Below are positions 12,934 to 24,490 of a stretch of 64,000 nt of DNA, piece by piece (within the stretch, counting starts at the first letter, position 1; every line of letters starts with the position of its first letter). Source of the DNA: Macrostomum lignano (lineage: Eukaryota); NCBI GenBank assembly GCA_002269645.1, contig NIVC01003771.1, positions 13,710-77,709 on the forward strand, read 5' to 3'. The notes beneath the pieces were generated by a model. The model was not told where the DNA came from. It did not search any database and worked only from the letters and a program-made list of their open reading frames with translations. A program made the position numbers and the translations under genes.

Positions 12934-13680
12934 CTAGCAGTCCAGGCCAGCCAGGCCAAGCCGGTCGGTCACGCGGGCTCGCAGCAGGTTGCCGTCAACC
13001 AGGTAGACGCTGTGCAACCGACGCGGGTCCCCGCCATCTCGGGCCGTCCGTTGTCCGGCCGCATCGAGGACGTCGCGCAGTGCGGCGCCGAAGGCCGGGC
13101 ATGCCGCCGCCAGTGCGTCAAGCGGCGTAGGCAGCGGAGATTCGCGACCGGCCTGTCGAAACAGCCGCCGACCGCATCGCCGGATGAATTTCTTGGCCAG
13201 TCGGATCGAGCTCAGGTACCGCCTCGGGTCCGTCCGGCGTCTGAGCTGGGCAAAGAATGGGCTCAGGGGGCCCACGGTGGCCAGGGTGACTCCCCGGTCT
13301 GGCACCTCGCACATGTAGGAATAGAAATATTTCTCGCTGTCGGGCACTGTGGCGCAATCGGTCGGGCCGAGGGCCAGGTACAGGCAGGTGTGCTCATAAC
13401 CCGGCGGCTGCGGCTGCAAATGAACTCTACAGTTGTCTGCACTGCTTCTGCGTCGATTGAGTAAGCGAAGAGTGGTTTGCATCAATCCTTGAAGATTACT
13501 CCTGTTTGGGATTATTAGCCTTGCAAGAAAATAACTGTTGCTCTGGCTACTGTGGCGCAATCTTGGTTGGAATATTCTGCTCAACACGGCTCTCTGATAT
13601 ATGAGATACTCCGGCCCGCATACATTCGTGTCCGATAAGATAACAGCAACCTTTGCCGGTTTAATAACTGCCCCAAGCAT
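12934..13680 (-). CDS. Uncharacterised 248-aa protein (single open frame; 5' end may be spliced differently)
   Basis: ATG 13680 to TAG 12934 without a stop; 3' two-thirds GC-rich like the confirmed exons; non-repetitive sequence; no family recognised. Confidence 0.6.
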   Translation of the reverse strand: MLGAVIKPAKVAVILSDTNVCGPEYLIYQRAVLSRIFQPRLRHSSQSNSYFLARLIIPNRSNLQGLMQTTLRLLNRRRSSADNCRVHLQPQPPGYEHTCLYLALGPTDCATVPDSEKYFYSYMCEVPDRGVTLATVGPLSPFFAQLRRRTDPRRYLSSIRLAKKFIRRCGRRLFRQAGRESPLPTPLDALAAACPAFGAALRDVLDAAGQRTARDGGDPRRLHSVYLVDGNLLRARVTDRLGLAGLDC

Positions 13681-13708
13681 GACAGAGAGAGAGAGAGAGA
13701 TAAACAAC

Positions 13709-13892
13709 TGACGTCAATGGTTTGCAGAGAGAGCCGTTTGCATGGCTTACCTGTGCAGCTGTGAACTCTAGAAACGCTTGACAGACAAACCTTCGCTTTG
13801 TAGGTTCCAAGAAAATGCACAGTTTTTCTGCGTTTCTGTGTTTTGTTTTTGTTTCCGAGCACTTTTATTCACAGATTTCAGAACTGACGTCA
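13709..13892. promoter_or_regulatory. Two perfect CRE/ATF palindromes (TGACGTCA) upstream of the 248-aa ORF
   Basis: TGACGTCA at 13709-13716 and 13885-13892, about 30 and 205 nt upstream of the minus-strand ATG. Confidence 0.45.
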
Positions 13893-14792
13893 GCTGAATA
13901 GTTAATCAGCTGCAGGTAAAAATCTTAAAAAACAATCTGGAGGCCTCTGAGTAATGACATTGTTATCAACCCCATTTAAGGCGTTGAAGTATAGTCAAGG
14001 CGTGATGTTTTCAAGGTATTGAAGTGGCTTGCTGAGTGACAAGGTGAGTCAGTATTTGAAAGTGGGTCAGCAGAGGTCATCTAGTTGACAAGGTGGGTCT
14101 TTAGGGTGATAAGTGTGCCATCAGTATGTGCTAAAACAATGTATAGCGAGTGCCACCAGCTAGAATAACAAAAATGTAATTTAGTGATTTAAAACGAAAG
14201 CAACCGAACGCTTTGTATTAGGAATACCGGTTGGCTCAACTATCAGCTTGGCTGATAAAAGCAACATTATGGCTTTTTGCAGTCAGTTTGAGCTTAGGAG
14301 CAGTTGACTTAATCCAGAGTGGCAGAACGCTACTCTCAAGACAATTGCTGCGCCAAGTCTATGGCCCAACCTATAAATCAGCAACAAGATGAGCTTGGAA
14401 GCTAAGATAGCGACACTATGAAACGGCCCCAGACGAGCAGGGTGACGGCCCGCAACCAAGAACCTGGACAAAGATCAGTGATGGAAGTTTTGGACAGAGA
14501 TTAGTGACCGATCGATATTGCGAAATGGACTAAGATTAATGTCTAGTTGCTATACGATACGAGGGAGGAAAATAAACTAAGTTGAATGCTCCAAAGATGA
14601 AGTAGATAACACCCCCAGATTTGTTTCTTTGGCGTATAGAATGGCTGAGAATGGCGCAGTCCGAATGGGATTCAGCCAGGCGATCCCAAATCTCAAGCAG
14701 CTAATCAATTCGCAATCGTAATTTCTGGCAAGTCCAATTCGACATGGAAGACGGTTTACCTTCCGATCCTGGCGATTTTGAGACCCCAAGAT

Positions 14793-15060
14793 ATGGATAT
14801 TTCTCCGGATTTACTGGACTTTCTGATACAAACAGAAAATGCGTCACAGTTGGCGCGCTCTAGTGAAAATAAGGGCCGATTCCAGACACTCACAGAAGCA
14901 GACGTTTAGCGAGAGATTGAAGAGAGCTCGCCCTCGACAACAAGAAGGAAGGCAGAATGGTCAATCCGGTGGTGGTGGTCCAGCTCTACTGGTTTTAAAC
15001 GACGTGGACGAAATGTCAAAAAGTGAGCTGAACTTTCTATTGAAACTCTTTGTCCTGTTG
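14793..15060 (+). pseudogene. Degenerate Crypton-like (tyrosine recombinase / DUF3504-associated) transposon fragment
   Basis: ...KGRFQTLTEADV*REIEESSPSTTRRKAEWSIR, then after a frameshift LNDVDEMSKSELNFLLKLFVL. Resembles the N-terminal RF..ls..el......p..T...t.W and ..ms..eLn..L..F motifs of Crypton/KCTD1/ZMYM proteins. In-frame TAG at 14907-14909. Confidence 0.65.
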
Positions 15061-16082
15061 GACGAACTGACTGGCTTTTTAACTTTGTTATTTTTCTTCT
15101 CTTGTTCTAAATTTTTCGCTGTTCTGCACTAGCTGATTTCACGGCCCGGCCATTAAATAAAATGCGTTACATACCATAGACATTGGATTGAGCCAGACTG
15201 GGGCCGGTTTAAGTTTTTTTCACCAGTCAAACTTCACCAGTCAAACCAGTCACCAGTCAGACTGGTGACTGGCAGCAAAGAATAATAGCTCAGTATTCTT
15301 TGGGCGGCAGTTGTCTTGAGTGTAGCGCTCTGCCGCTCTGAATGCTCCTAAGCTCGCTAGGAGCCTCGGTAAAAGCAATAAAAGGCGGCGGAAACGCCTC
15401 ATAGCTACCTGGGAGCTTCAGCTTCTGATCGTGCACTTCTGAAAGGCACTTCTAGCTCTGCTGCTAAGAACAGCATTCCTAAATAGATAGAAGCTGCAGA
15501 CGAGCTGATAGAATTGCTAATCAATCACGCTGCCGTGTCTTCTCCAGCCAAGCATGGTCAGCATGCAGCTGCTGCGAGGGAAAATCGATTGAGTTATTGC
15601 AGTCAATAATTTCATAATTAATTTATAGCCTATTTCATTCCGGAGAGATATACTAGAGAAAAAGGCCAATTGATTTTTCTCAGTTCCAAGCTAAACTGTT
15701 GACATAAATATTGTCGCGTACCACTCGGGTGCAGACAACCTGGGCAAGGATTATCTTGTCAGCAGATGACATTAAAGCTATTTCATTAATACAATTCTTC
15801 TACTATACTTACAGTGTAGTTGTCATAGCCAACAGCCCCAAGATATTAATTTGAAATATTGGATTGCAGTAGTCGAAATACTCCGTATAATTGGGAGGCT
15901 GAGTTTGGCGTGGGATCTGTAGTTAAGTCGTCGGGCAGCTGTTGCATTTCGGGTGAGCAGATTGGCCTTCTGCTCGCTAGACGGCCAGTAGAGATTGATG
16001 AAGTGAAGGCCACTAGATGGGCAAGAAAACATTTGGGGGCAGTGAGGGCAGTAAAGAACGCTGAGACACCGTGTGGGTGTGG

Positions 16083-16840
16083 GAATTCTGAGACTACACG
16101 GGGGAAGCTGAGACTACACGGGGAAGCTGAGATATCACGGGGAAGCTGAGACTACACTACACGGGGGAAGTTGAGATATCACGGAGGAAGCTGAGACTAA
16201 ATTGAGGAAGCTGAGATATCACGGAGGAAGCTGAGACTGCACGGGGGAAGCTGAGATATCACGGAGGAAGCTGAGACTGCACGGGGGAAGCTGAGATATC
16301 ACGGAGGAAGCTGAGATATCACGGAGGAAACTGAGATATCACGGAGGAAGCTGAGATATCACGTGGGGAGCTGAGATATCACGGAGGAAGCTGAGACTAC
16401 ATGGGGGAAGCTGAGACTACACGGAAAAAACTGAGATATCACGGAAGAAGCTGAGACTACATGGGGGAAGCTGAGATATCACGGAGGAAGCTGAGATATC
16501 ACGGAGGAAGCTGAGACTAAACTGAGGAAGCTGAGATATCACGGAGGAAGCTGAGACTGCACGGGGGAAGCTGAGATATCACGGAGGAAGCTGAGATATC
16601 ACGGAGGAAGCTGAGACTAAACTGAGGAAGCTGAGATATCACGGGGGAGCTGAGATATCACGGAGGAAGCTGAGATATCACGGAGGAAGCTGAGACTGCA
16701 CGGGGGAAGCTGAGATATCACGGAGGAAGCTGAGACTGCACGGGGGAAGCTGAGATATCACGGAGGAAGCTGAGACTGCACGGGGGAAGCTGAGATATCA
16801 CAGAGGAAGCTTAGAAATCACGGGGGAGCTGAGGTAGCAT
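16083..16840. repeat. 20-bp minisatellite (ACGG(A/G)GGAAGCTGAGA(TATC/CTGC))
   Basis: Direct 20-bp periodicity, about 37 units. Confidence 0.95.
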
Positions 16841-18433
16841 GGATGAAGCTGAGAAGTTGAGACAGCTTGTGATGCAGCAATTTTCAAGCGTCACAATCTA
16901 AAAAACGCTCACTACTACCCAAAACTCACTTACTACTGATGGTGTCTTACTACTGACAAAAGTAATATCGTGCAAAAACATTTCTCATGAACTTGTCCGC
17001 AATTCGGCTGAGCCTGCGACGCAATAAAAATTGGCGAATATTTATAAAGAGCACCAGATCCCGTCTGGTCTGTTTGGCTCGGCCAGTGCGCAGTGTGTAA
17101 TGCGACTCGACTAAAACGGACAGACAGACAGCTGCTGCGCAAGACAGATGGCGGACGGTTGCAGACGGCTGGGGCTTCAAAGCTCTTTTTGATCTGGAGG
17201 GTTTGCCCCCGCTATTCCCCGTCCTGCAGGCGGAAATGGAGACAGGGGAGAGCTAGAATGATGGGGGCAGATGCAACACCAGTTGGTAGTTGCAGACGCG
17301 GCTGTGGGTTGTGCTTGGGCCATGATGATTTCGAGTTCTAGAATCTGGAATGAGAAACATCCCCTGTTCTAATACTAGGGCTAGGGAGATTGAAGCAAAA
17401 AATCTGCCTGACGATTTTTGACGTACATGCCTGACGATTAGAAAGTAGGGGCCGCTGTACACCTGCGTACAGTATCGGCGCGCTTGTATGTGCCTTATTA
17501 TCATTATTATATTATAAGGTTGCATGGGTTCTTCGCGTGTATTTAGAACGTATTAATTACTATCAAGTAAACAAACACTAAGTGAAATTAGTGAAATTCC
17601 ATGTTCTAGCTATATCGATCTCCTTGGCCGGCTGGGCCGCCGTTGTGTGCGAGACCGAGCGTGTGTGCGTGTGCAGTGTAGCCGATGCCAGACCCCTCCG
17701 TCGCTCTCCCGCACCACCCTTGCACCCACCCCGGCCCGCTTTGGGTCTTCTTTCCAGTTTCCCGGAGCCAACTGGAGGCGGCAGCAGCAAACTGGGGCGG
17801 TGCAGAGACAGCTGCAGCTACAGAAAGGAGAGAGCGGTACACTGCGGGTCAGGAAAGCAATGTTTGCGCTTTGGTTCCGCTGGCCTGTTGGCGGGCTGAG
17901 CGCAGGCAGATACGCAATACTGCACGATAGGCATTATAAAGATTCGGCCGCTGTCTGGCATGGAATCTGCACTGTCATTTAGCTGCTAGTTGCTCCGCTG
18001 TCTCCTCTCCCTCTTTCCCTTTCCTCTCTCAGCGATCATCGGCATTAACGAGCCTGGCAGAGCGGCAATGGTCTCTCAGTTCGACCAGCCAGCTTCATCA
18101 GCACTCTATTAACGCAGCTATCTATAGCTTAAGCTACCAGAATAGAACTAGTTGATCGCTAGATTAGAATCCGACAAGCTAAATTTTTTTCTAAATTGGT
18201 AAGTTGTATTTTTTAACATCTTGGTTAAAAATATTGTCAAGCCAACTTGGTTTTGAGGCTGAATTTATTTTCCTTGTTACAGTTACGAAAGCAACACGAA
18301 ATTTCATCGCTTTTAGACCAGAGATCGAAGGCTGATTTTGAGATAGAGGGGGAGAGGAGAGGGGAAGGAGAGGATAGAGGAAGGGAGATGAGTCGAGAGG
18401 GAGAGAGACAGAAGGGGAGAGATGAGAAGAGAC

Positions 18434-18545
18434 ACAAACCTTGAGCGGGCCGGATTGCTATAATTCTGAAGTTTCAAAAGACCCGAGGGCCGGATAGAGT
18501 GACGTCGCGGGCTGCATGTTGCCCGCGGGCCGGAGTTCGCTTCAG
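18434..18545. mobile_element. Probable degenerate hAT (Charlie-like) MITE remnant
   Basis: Three GGGCCGGA motifs and GCGGGCTGCATGTTGCCCGCGGGCCGGAGTTCG, resembling subterminal repeats of hAT/Charlie ends; terminal TIR and TSD not resolved. Confidence 0.4.
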
Positions 18546-19736
18546 ACTATAGATATCAAAATGTTTTGATGCAGAGAAACTGAATACTTGGCAGTCAGAC
18601 TTATTGTATGAAGATGAGGATTTGGAGAGAGATATTACTTCAGATTCTGGTTCAGAATCACCTAGTATAAGGTCAAGAGGAGGGTTCACTAGATCAGACA
18701 AGCAGGTGCAGGTTACGCCAGTTGACTGTTTTGCCAAAGCAATCCATTAGCATTTCTCCTGCAGTGCCACCCCTGGAGCCTTCAATCGTTTAATGTATAC
18801 AAACAGGTGAAACCTGACCCAGGGTTGAAGATACACGGAAAGAAACCCTGCTGCATAGACAGAAAAAAATCTTTGGCCTTAGACACGGGATGCGCTGTGG
18901 AGGGATGCGCGCACCAAATTTGAAAAGATTGGACGGGTCAGCGAAAATGATGCGCTTAAGCAGTGTCGGTACTGGAGTAACTAGGCCGAATCTTTGAAAC
19001 CTGGTGTTTGTGTACGAAAATTAGCCTTGAGGCTTGTGGTCTGCATGGGGGATTCACACCCGTGGCCGTGAGGGCCAACCCCCAAGGCACAGTTTAATTA
19101 CTTGTAGAAAGTCAGGACTACTTCTTTAATAAGTTTCTAAATTCTTTTGGAACTCGAAATAAGCATATTGGATAAGAGCAGTGTGGAGCAGAACACCCTG
19201 GAATCGTTCATAACTTTTTAATTGTTTCTTTAACCCGATGGCTAAACTCTGAGGCTAGTAATAAACAGGGTGGAAAGCTAGTCCATCAAGTGACCATAAT
19301 TTAAGCTCGATAAGAACTAGGTGCCCCCCCCCACGCATTTAACAGCACCTCCTCTCTACTCGCGCCTATTACGTGAGAATTTGCTTTTAAAACGCAGTTC
19401 TCGTTTCTATAGCTTTGGCTTAAATAGTGACTCACGCTATCACAAAGCCTTTTGCTCTCGCTCTTTTCCTCCGCCCCCCTCTGTTTACTTCTTCAATACT
19501 CGACCTACTTGTGCGCCCAGTCACATGCCAACTAGCGAGCCCGGTCAGCTCGGAAAGATAAAGCAGCACTTTGAAACACGCAGTGACGCAACAGTTGGCT
19601 GCGTGTTGCCCAGGCCATTCTTAAGCTTGAAACCTGTCAGTCAGCTCACTGCAGTGATATAATAATTAGCTCGTATTTACTGTGCTCACAAGCCAGCCAC
19701 TCGTTGAGGTAGGATAATCTAAGGCTAAATTCCTTC

Positions 19737-19813
19737 CTAACCTTCCCTTCCTTCCTCCCTTCCATCCTTCCTTCCTTCCTTCCTTCCATCCTTCCTTCCT
19801 TCCTTCCTTCGCT

Positions 19814-19844
<31 letters not shown>

Positions 19845-19990
19845 TCGTTCGTTCGTTCGTTCGTTCGTTCGTTCGTTCGTTCGTTCGTTCGTTCATTCGT
19901 TCGTTCGTTCGTTCGTTCGTTCGTTCGTTCGTTCGTTCGTTCGTTCGTTCGTTCGTTCGTTCGTTCGTTCGTTCGTTCGTTCGTTCGTTC
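19737..19990. repeat. (TTCC)n grading into (TTCG)n microsatellite, just upstream of the Rho gene
   Basis: Direct inspection. Confidence 0.97.
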
Positions 19991-20073
19991 GTCCCTCCCT
20001 TTAATCATTCAGCCATTAATTAATTCATTTCATCACTCCTTCAGGGGCTCACTGCACAGCCTATATCGCAGCA

Positions 20074-20953
20074 ATGCCCCAGCAGCAGCATCAACAGCAG
20101 CACCTGCACCCTCACCTGCCGGCTCGCATCAAGTGCGTAGTGGTCGGCGACGGAGGCGCCGGCAAGACCTGCCTCCTGTCCTCTTACTCACGCGGAGTCT
20201 TCCCAACTGACTACATACCCACGGTGTTCGACAACTACGACGCAGCCGTGATGGTGTGCGGGGCCCAGGTGCATCTCAGCCTGTGGGACAGCGCCGGCCA
20301 AGAGGACTACGACAAGCTGCGGCCGCTGTCCTACCCAGAAACCGACGTCTTTCTCGTCTGCTTCAGCGTCGGCAACAAGCCGTCGTTTGCCAACGTGCTG
20401 GACAAATGGAGCCCCGAGCTGAGGCAGCACGCACCGCAGGCCCCACTGCTCCTAGTCGGCACCAAGGCCGACCTGCGCGATGACGCCGAGTTCACGGCGC
20501 ACCTGGCGCTGCACAACGACTGCCCGATCGGGCGCGATGAGGCCGCCGATATGGCGCGCGAAATTGGCGCCGTCAAGTACATCGAGTGCTCGGCGCTCAA
20601 GGGGATCAACGTGTCGCTGGTAATTCGCATGGCAACTAATTGGTTTTTGCAAATCTGTTTTGAGACTAGCTCGTTTCACACCGCCATCAAGTAAGGCCAA
20701 AGGGCCTGTCAACTTAAGCTCATAAAGTAGAGTCCCTAATTATCCTCTTGCTTGTTTTCCCCCATCCTAAGTCCGATTCTCGTCAATTTTTTTGCTAAAC
20801 CCTGCTTTCTGGTGTTTCTCAGAACCTCTTGTTTCACCAACAATCCAGGTGTTCGAGGAGGCGGTGAAGTCCGTGCTCTGGCCCGAGTGCAGCGCCAGTG
20901 GCAAGCGCACGACCAGCAAGAAGCACCGGAAGCGGTCGTGCGCACTTCAGTGA
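20074..20953 (+). CDS. Rac-like Rho-family small GTPase (216 aa)
   Basis: Exon1 20074..20619, intron 20620..20848 (gtaatt/caatccag), exon2 20849..20953 [34 protein letters not shown]. Motifs: G1 GDGGAGKT, switch [21 protein letters not shown]4 TKADL, G5 ECSAL, polybasic stretch + CAAX. Confidence 0.93.
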
Positions 20954-21150
20954 AGCGAGGTGGCAGCAGTCAGATGCGCTAACGAAGCCACGCTAGTCCG
21001 CAAGGGTGCAGGGGCGAGAGAAAATAATTACTTTGTATGGTTGTGCCACTTGGACTTGAACCATATAGCCGACACCCGGGCATAAAGACGGACGTTCTCA
21101 TCCCCCCAGCTTTCAAATTTTGTTACTCGTCAATTTGTCACCTCAAATAC

Positions 21151-21480
21151 ACACCCTGACGATCTGAGCTGCTCACCTCCACGCCCTGACGATCTGAGCT
21201 GCTCACCTCCACACCCTGACGATCTCAGCTGCTCACCTCCACACCCTGACGATCTGAGCTGCTCACCTCCACACCCTGACGATCTGAACTGCTCACCTCC
21301 ACACCCTGACGATCTGAACTGCTCACCTCCACACCCTGGCGATCTCAGCTGCTCACCTCCACACCCTGGCGATCTCAGCTGCTCACCTCCACACCCTGAC
21401 GATCTCAGCTGCTCACCTCCACACCCTGACGATCTCAGCTGCTCACCTCCACACCCTGACGATCTCAGCTGCTCACCTCC
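21151..21480. repeat. 30-bp minisatellite (ACACCCTGACGATCTCAGCTGCTCACCTCC), 11 copies
   Basis: Direct periodicity. Confidence 0.96.
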
Positions 21481-22365
21481 ACATCTCAGCGAAAGGTTCA
21501 CAAACCATGAATGTGGGAATGATGACTCGCAACAGTGCAACTGAGTAAAAGCCTAATACTATTTTATCATAGCCTTTTTGAAGCCGCGCTTGCACGAGAG
21601 TCCAGGAATATTTACGGATAATATTTTAGCTTGAAAACCTTTTACGAAGCAAAACTCAAGAGAGGTTTTAACACACCCGGACCAGCCAATATGCCTATAA
21701 TAGCTTTTTACTGCAGGCGTGCTGTACATAGCCGTAAACCTATCCCTTAATATTGGGATCAACCTGCAAGGAATCCTTAGAGCCTTTGACATTTTCGCTT
21801 TAATTCCAAAAGGAGCTTCCGCAAATGAAAGCCTTGTAAAATATTGATTTCTTATGCTTTTTTAGCTGTCACAATTAATTATTTCAAACAAGCGCTTTTC
21901 ACGCGCTTTGGCCCTGTCGTAAATATACCTGTTGTACCGTTCCCGGCGCAATAACTTCGGTGTAACATGGAAAATATATGAAATTCCTGCAATAATAAAT
22001 GTTGCTAAATAGTCAGAAGTTAAATATGACCAGTGAACTTTCTTAATTTTTGAAGAAAAATTGTGAAATTAACTTTTCAGTGAAGTGAGGACAGCGACTT
22101 GAGCCTGAGCACCGAATTTCACCATGCAGTTTAAAATAAAAAAACGCAATGGGATTGAATTATCTCTTGCTGGCTACTACAAGTAGAGGTCTTAGAAAAG
22201 TTTTGTAAATATATACATGGCAGAAAGAAATGCATAGACTTTTTATATTTGCCAAAATTGCACAGATTAGATAAAGGTAGTCATGATTTAAGCAGGATGA
22301 GCAACTTTCCACGAGTCAATTATATAAGGTAGAAAACTGCAATCACATTGACTTGAAATATTGGT

Positions 22366-23397
22366 GCGTGCTTGTGCTGTTACAGAGGTTTATGCGCGCT
22401 TGTGTCATTACGGAGCTTTATGCGCGCTTGTGTCATTACGGAGCTTTATGCGCGCTTGTGTCATTATGGAGCTTTATGCGCGCTTGTGTCATTATGGAGC
22501 TTTATGCGCGCTTGTGTCATTACGGAGCTTTATGCGCGCTTGTGTCATTATGGAGATTTATGCGCGCTTGTGTCATTATGGAGCTTTATGCGCGCTTGTG
22601 TCATTACGGAGCTTTATGCGCGCTTGTGTCATTATGGAGATTTATGCGCGCTTGTGTCATTACGGAGCTTTATGCGCGCTTGTGTCATTATGGAGCTTTA
22701 TGCGCGCTTGTGTCATTATGGAGATTTATGCGCGCTTGTGTCATTACGGAGCTTTATGCGCGCTTGTGTCATTATGGAGATTTATGCGCGCTTGTGTCAT
22801 TACGGAGCTTTATGCGCGCTTGTGTCATTATGGAGATTTATGCGCGCTTGTGTCATTACGGAGCTTTATGCGCGCTTGTGCTGTTACAGAGCTTTATGCG
22901 CGCTTGTGTCATTACGGAGCTTTATGCGCGCTTGTGTCATTATGGAGATTTATGCGCGCTTGTGTCATTACGGAGCTTTATGCGCGCTTGTGTCATTATG
23001 GAGATTTATGCGCGCTTGTGTCATTACGGAGCTTTATGCGCGCTTGTGTCATTATGGAGATTTATGCGCGCTTGTGTCATTACGGAGCTTTATGCGCGCT
23101 TGTGCTGTTACGGAGGTTTATGCGCGCTTGTGTCATTACGGAGCTTTATGCGCGCTTGTGCTGTTACGGAGGTTTATGCGCGCTTGTGTCATTACGGAGA
23201 TTTATGCGCGCTTGTGTCATTACGGAGATTTATACGCTCTTGTGTCATTACGGAGATTTATGCGCGCTTGTGTCATTATGGAGCTTTATGCGCGCTTGTG
23301 TCATTACGGAGATTTATGCGCGCTTGTGTCATTACGGAGATTTATGCGCGCTTGTGTCATTAGGCAGCTTTATGCGCGCTTGTGTCATTACGGCGCG
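22366..23397. repeat. 28-bp minisatellite (GAG(C/A)TTTATGCGCGCTTGTGTCATTA(C/T)G), about 37 copies
   Basis: Direct periodicity; ends a few nt from the ankyrin gene stop codon. Confidence 0.97.
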
Positions 23398-23401
23398 CAG
23401 G

Positions 23402-24490
23402 TCACCACAAGTCGCAGTCGTCTCCAAAGTCTGTGAAGCCCTGCTCGCCAGGCAAATCGTTGCAGGCGAATTCGGCCTCACCGCCAGCCATCGAAGCCGA
23501 CAGCTCACTCGGTCGCCGGGGCCCGTCCAGCTGCTCGCGCTGCTGCAACAGGGACGCCTCGGTCTCCAGGCCCAGCAGGCGCTGGTGCAGCTCCGAGTGT
23601 CCTCCGGCCAAGGCGCAGTCGGCCGGCAGGCGTCCGGACGAGTCCTGAGCCACCGGGCTGGCGCCGGCCGCCAGCAGCACCTCCGCCGTGTCCGAGTGGC
23701 CGAACAGCGCCGCCGCGTGGAGGCTGGCGCCGAAGTGGCCAGCTGGGAATGGCCGGCCGCCGCAATTCAGGATGGCGCGCACCGCCTCCGTGTGGCCGGC
23801 GCGGCAGGCGCGGAGCAGGGCGGCGCCAACGGCGGCTAAGTCGGCGGGGCTGGCGGCGCTAGAAAACTCTGGCGCCGCGGACAGCAGGGCGCGGCACAGG
23901 TCGGCGCTGCCTCGCTGAGCAGCAGCCGACAGCGGAGTGGCGCCATCTCGGCGCGCCAGTAGTGGCCTGGCGCCGGCCGCCAACAGGAGCTGCGCGCACT
24001 GGCGCCGGTCGTGCCAGCAGGCCAGCTGCAGCGCCGTGGCGCCATCAGCGCCGGCACCGCGCCAATCAACGGGCGCCCCAGCCGACAGCAGCAGCCGCAG
24101 GCAGTCGGCGTGGCCGTTCTGAGCGGCCGCCATCAGCGGGGAGCCGCCGAGCCGGCCGCTGACAGGCAGGCTGGGATCGGCGCCGTTGCTTAGCAACAAC
24201 TCGGCCAGGTCGGCGCGGCCCGCCTGGCAGGCGTAGAAAAGCGCCGTGGCACCGCTTCGCCGGCGCTGATTGACGGGGGCGCCGCGGCGGAGCAGGTCGC
24301 GCGCGATGGCAGCGTCACCAGCAGCGGCGGCCAGCATCAGCGGGCTGGTGCCCTCCGGGTCGGCGCAGGAAGCCCTGGCGCGCCCGGTGTCCAGCAGGAG
24401 GGCGACGCGGTCGCGGCGGCCAGCCAGGGCGGCTGCTAGCAGCTGGCGGGATTGACGGTCAAAGCTGGACTGCGGCTCCATTGTTGCCAT
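23402..24490 (-). CDS. Ankyrin-repeat protein (ANKRD29-like architecture), single exon, 362 aa
   Basis: About 8 ankyrin repeats (GTSPLMLAAAAG, GATALFYACQAG, GGSPLMAAAQNGH, GATALQLACWHD, GATPLSAAAQRG, ASLHAAALFGH); very GC-rich; acidic C-terminus. Confidence 0.92.
   Translation of the reverse strand: MATMEPQSSFDRQSRQLLAAALAGRRDRVALLLDTGRARASCADPEGTSPLMLAAAAGDAAIARDLLRRGAPVNQRRRSGATALFYACQAGRADLAELLLSNGADPSLPVSGRLGGSPLMAAAQNGHADCLRLLLSAGAPVDWRGAGADGATALQLACWHDRRQCAQLLLAAGARPLLARRDGATPLSAAAQRGSADLCRALLSAAPEFSSAASPADLAAVGAALLRACRAGHTEAVRAILNCGGRPFPAGHFGASLHAAALFGHSDTAEVLLAAGASPVAQDSSGRLPADCALAGGHSELHQRLLGLETEASLLQQREQLDGPRRPSELSASMAGGEAEFACNDLPGEQGFTDFGDDCDLW

Noticed and set aside
17582-17899. 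Defensin-like secreted ORF (CRDSCSYRKERAVHCGSGKQCL)
   Set aside because: No ATG (GTG directly after a stop) and an incomplete six-Cys pattern.
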